Shown: positions 60,523 through 64,000 of the stretch, piece after piece
How the letters are laid out: each line of letters starts with the position of its first letter
Numbering within the stretch: the stretch's first letter is position 1
Source of the DNA: an uncultured Chloroflexia bacterium
GTDB lineage: Bacteria > Chloroflexota > Anaerolineae > B4-G1 > SLSP01
Reading direction: 5' to 3'
Assembly: GCA_963751345.1 (NCBI GenBank)
Contig: CAVVUS010000047.1
Location: forward strand, 64,838 to 128,837
Length of the DNA: 64,000 bases
Made by a program: the position numbers and the translations under genes
Notes under the pieces: model-generated
Databases searched by the model: none
What the model saw: only the letters and a program-made list of their open reading frames with translations
What the model was told of the DNA's origin: nothing

Positions 60523-61350
60523 TCAGCCGGCGACGCCGGCAGCATACGCAGCCTGCGTAGGCGCAAGCACCGCCGCTGCCCTGGCAACCGGATCTGTGAA
60601 CGAGCAGGGCACGACGCTCACGCACTTGCCGCAGACGTCTGCGACGCCCACATCCTCGAAGCGTGCCGCGTTGTCCAGACACACGTCGTAGCACGCCCGG
60701 CGATCGAACTCCTCGGTGCTCAGGGCGCCAACCTCGCAGCGCTGAATGCAGGCCGTGCACGAGCCGCCGGCCTTGCCGAGGCATGCCTCGGTGGTCTTGC
60801 GCGGGGTCGGCGTGATGCGAGCGTTGGTCACGAGGCTGCCGAGTCGCCCACAGCACCCCTGCTCGGTGATGAGCATATGATGGAGCCCGAAGGTGCCCAG
60901 CCCGGCGATATAGGCCACGTGCTTGTGGCTCCAGTCGCTGATGAGCCGCTCCTCATCGAAGTTGTGGGTTGGTGGGAGCACAGTAGCTCCATAGCCCACC
61001 AGCTCCAGGGCCCTCGCCACCCGCTGGTTGATTGCCTCCAGGAGCCGGTTGGTCTCCACGTAAGCCACCGCCCACGTGCGAGAGGCCCCAGCTCCGGGGC
61101 GGTTGCTGCGCGCGATGCGCTCGGCAAAGGGCACGAAGTAGACGATGACAGTCTCGGCCCCCGGCAGCAGCTCGCGCGGCGTCAGGTGGCTTGGGGAGAT
61201 GAGCGTTTTCAGTTCCCGGAAGATGGGGTCGTGTGCGCTGGCATAGGCCACCAGCGGCGTGCGCCACGACGTGTGGATATCAACGTCGGCCTCAAAGCAC
61301 CGGACGGCATCCTCGATCTGCTCCTCCACCCAGTTCTTCAGATCATCCAC
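60523..61350 (-). CDS. Epoxyqueuosine reductase-like Fe-S protein
   Basis: WSHKHVAYIAGLGTFG, GRLGSLVT, CTACIQRC, CGKC. Confidence 0.8.
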   Translation of the reverse strand: MDDLKNWVEEQIEDAVRCFEADVDIHTSWRTPLVAYASAHDPIFRELKTLISPSHLTPRELLPGAETVIVYFVPFAERIARSNRPGAGASRTWAVAYVETNRLLEAINQRVARALELVGYGATVLPPTHNFDEERLISDWSHKHVAYIAGLGTFGLHHMLITEQGCCGRLGSLVTNARITPTPRKTTEACLGKAGGSCTACIQRCEVGALSTEEFDRRACYDVCLDNAARFEDVGVADVCGKCVSVVPCSFTDPVARAAAVLAPTQAAYAAGVAG

Positions 61351-61368
61351 GTGGCTCTCTCCTGTAGG

Positions 61369-62205
61369 CTAGTGATGTTCGATGGCGTCGTAGGCCCGCT
61401 CGACGGCCTCCTGCAGCGGGCTCATCTTCGGCTGGTAGTCGTCAGACCAACGGGCTGCCAGCCGGTCGAAGATCGTGCCGCCGGCGCGTATCAGCTCAAG
61501 GATTCCCTCGGCGGTGGGCGGCTGTGCCGTGCCGGCAAAGGAGGCGACGATCTCGTTGCTCATGCCGCCGGTCCGGTGCACGTTGGTTCCCTCCGCCCGG
61601 TCCCGCAGCATCATCGTCAGCACACAGCCGTCCTGCAGCAGCCCCAACGCCAGATGCAGGGCAATGACGAGGTCGTCGCGTGCCACCTTGGCGACGGCAA
61701 CCATCGCCCTGAACCAGAAGCCGTCGACCATCTCCGCGAAGACCAGGTCGGTGGCCGGCATGAACGGTGCGGAGGGAAATCGGCCGGCCAAGCGCTCCGA
61801 CACGTCGGTCGACCGCGAGAAGAGCACCCGCAGCCCGTGGGCAAATGCCACGTGTGGCCATTGGTCGATCATCCGGAGGTCGGATTCGGTCGTAAAGGTG
61901 AGATCCAATTTGCGCAGATCCTCAAGGCAGACGCGGGTGGTGCTGGCATACTCTCCGGCGAAGTGTTCCTTCGCGAAGACCTTGCCCAGGGGCTCAAGCC
62001 AGTCGGTTGTGGGGAAGAAGCGCGGGATCTCGCCGTCGCGCAGCACGATCAGTACGTCAATGTCGCTCCATTCGTCGAGGTCCGCCGGTCGCAGCGCGGA
62101 GCCGTAGACTGCCAGCGCCACGACGTCGGGATCGCCCGCTAGGAGATGGGTCATGCGATTGAGCGTCGATGCGTGCCAGGTCTCGGCCCGGGGAGCAGCA
62201 TTCAT
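61369..62205 (-). CDS. Nucleotidyltransferase (ANT(6)/Lnu-like)
   Basis: YGS...LDEWSDIDVLIV; helical C-terminal domain FWFRAMVAVAKVAR. Confidence 0.75.
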   Translation of the reverse strand: MNAAPRAETWHASTLNRMTHLLAGDPDVVALAVYGSALRPADLDEWSDIDVLIVLRDGEIPRFFPTTDWLEPLGKVFAKEHFAGEYASTTRVCLEDLRKLDLTFTTESDLRMIDQWPHVAFAHGLRVLFSRSTDVSERLAGRFPSAPFMPATDLVFAEMVDGFWFRAMVAVAKVARDDLVIALHLALGLLQDGCVLTMMLRDRAEGTNVHRTGGMSNEIVASFAGTAQPPTAEGILELIRAGGTIFDRLAARWSDDYQPKMSPLQEAVERAYDAIEHH

Positions 62206-62231
62206 GCGATAGCATTCCTTCGTGCGGACCC

Positions 62232-62298
62232 GGTTCGTGGTAACCGATTCATCGGTTCCGCATGGACACCGGAACGACTGAAGTCGTTACTACAAACC
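62232..62298. repeat. GTRG-type REP inverted doublet (REPIN-like)
   Basis: GTGGTAACCGATTCATCGGTT ... AACGACTGAAGTCGTTACTAC (reverse strand GTAGTAACGACTTCAGTCGTT). Confidence 0.7.
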
Positions 62299-62311
62299 TG
62301 ACTTGTATATC

Positions 62312-64000
62312 TCATGCAGGCTCGCGGACAAAAGCATAGTGTCCCGACCCGACGTCAAACGTCACTACATCTCCATCGTCCCACACGTCGTGGATGCCGG
62401 CATTCTGCCCCACCTGTTTGTCTCGATTCCAGATCAGGCTGTCGCTCTCCGCGATCCGGCAGGGCAGGCCTTCGCCGAGTTTGGGCACGCTCACCGTGCC
62501 CGGCTTCCGGGGGGCACGACCACACGCATCGTGAGGCGATCGCCATCGAGCTCCCACTCCGACGCCACGAGACCGCGGACGGTCTGCAGCGATGCCCGTG
62601 CCTGAGTGAGGTCACCCACCACGTGGGCCGCACGCTGAATCGGGCAAAGCCGGGGCCCGCCGGGTCCACCGTGATCCCTGCAAGCGCCCTGTAGAACCAC
62701 GCGCCGACCGACCCGAGCATCGGGTGGTTGTGCGAGTTCATCCCACCGCCGGTCTCCAACTCCCATCGCTCCCACAACGTCGTCGCACCGTTGGCGAGCA
62801 TGTAGCCCCAGCCGGGGTAGCTCTCCTGGGTCACGATCCGGTAGGCGACGTCAGCGCGCCCTGCATCGGTGAGGACCTCCAGCAGATACTTGGTGCAGAG
62901 ATTGCCCGTGGTCAGATGTCCGTCATGCAGGTCGACCACGTCATGAACCAGATTCTCGACTACCTTTGCCTTGCACTCCTCGGGCACGATGCCGAGGTAG
63001 AGCGAGAAGGCATTGCATGCCTGGTTGTTGGAGCCGTAGCCGCCGGTGGCAGGATCGTAGAAATGGGTGTTGTAGGCGCTCGCGACTGTGCTCGGCCAGG
63101 GCGCCATAGGATGCCGCGTCCGACACGTTGCCCAGGACCATGGCCATCTGCGAGAGGAGCCGCGCGGCGTAGAGATACATCCCGGTGGACATCAGCGCGC
63201 CCGGCGTGTGGGCGGAGACGGGCGACGGGCCGGAGGGCGTCTGGATCCCTCGGCAATCGGCGGCGCCCAGTCCCCCCAGTAGCTGTAGCTCACCACGTCG
63301 TCCTCGGCCTGCGTCGTCAGGAAGTCGACCCAGGCGCGCATACCCTCGTAAGTGCTCGGCCATCGTGCGCGTGTCGCCGTAGTGCTCGTAGAGCAGCCAG
63401 GGAATCAACAGGTAGCAGATGCTCACAGGGTCCGCGGGGCGGTGGCCCCACCGGTAGGGCGCTGTGTCGGTGATGGCGCCTGAGACCGGGTCCTGTGCGT
63501 CGTGGATATCGCCGACCCACTTGGCGAGAAAGCGCGCGACATCGAAATTGTAGACGATCTGTTCGGAGCGCGCGGCCATATCGTTGAGCCATCCCATGCG
63601 TTCGTCGCGCTGGGGGCAGTCGGTGGGAATGCCGGGCTCGTTGCTGACCTCGGTCCACCACACGAGCCGCTGGATATCGTTGATCAGGTGCCGGCTGCAG
63701 GAGAAGTCGCCGGTTGGCGCCGTGTCGGACCGCACCACGCATCCGAGCAGCGATCCCCGGTCGGGAATCCCCGGGTAGCCCTCGACCTGGACGTAGCGAA
63801 AGCCGTGGTAGGTGAAACGGGGCTCCCACACCTCCAGGCCCTCACCTTTCAAGATGTAGATGTCCCGCGCGGCGGCCTGGCGCAGGTTCTCCTGGTTGAC
63901 GGTTCCGTACGGATAGAGCGACTCCGCGAATCGCAGCGTCACCGTGGTCCCGCGAGGACCGCGGACGTAGAGGCGAGCCCAGCCGGCGAAGTTCTGGCCC
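62312..64000 (-). pseudogene. GH78 alpha-L-rhamnosidase, 5'-truncated by window edge, about 5 single-base indels
   Basis: FTYHGFRY, PTDCPQRDERMGW, GATTLWERW, SHNHPMLG, VGSGHY across shifting frames. Confidence 0.88.

Noticed and set aside
60523-61350. Reductive dehalogenase
   Set aside because: Too short, no Tat signal or RdhB anchor; fits QueG-like Fe-S proteins

Overview
High-GC bacterial chromosomal segment, most likely Chloroflexota/Anaerolineae (inferred from gene content: PA14/Pro-Thr surface protein, ArnT/PMT-like glycosyltransferase, LiaF-like cluster, GAAC-N4-GTTC-type SOS box). It carries housekeeping and accessory genes: uvrA, hppA, ugd-M16-M16-acpS-dtd, a fluoride riboswitch-crcB-DUF190/CBS unit, an ArsR-P1B ATPase metal unit, mtaB, a uxuA pair, glycoside hydrolase-like genes and two-component systems. 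I see no rRNA, tRNA, CRISPR, prophage or transposase. At least eight genes are split by 1-nt indels, probably long-read errors. Top leads: (1) a GxxExxY PD-(D/E)xK-like gene bracketed by two foldback elements of one repeat family, resembling RAYT/REPIN architecture with a different nuclease fold; (2) a 53-aa zinc-ribbon ORF absent from the ORF track, with a structured 5' leader; (3) an orphan MtaB; (4) tandem paralog pairs (active plus degenerate UxuA; two atypical RpiR); (5) a putative SigW-like ECF regulon and several REP/REPIN families.
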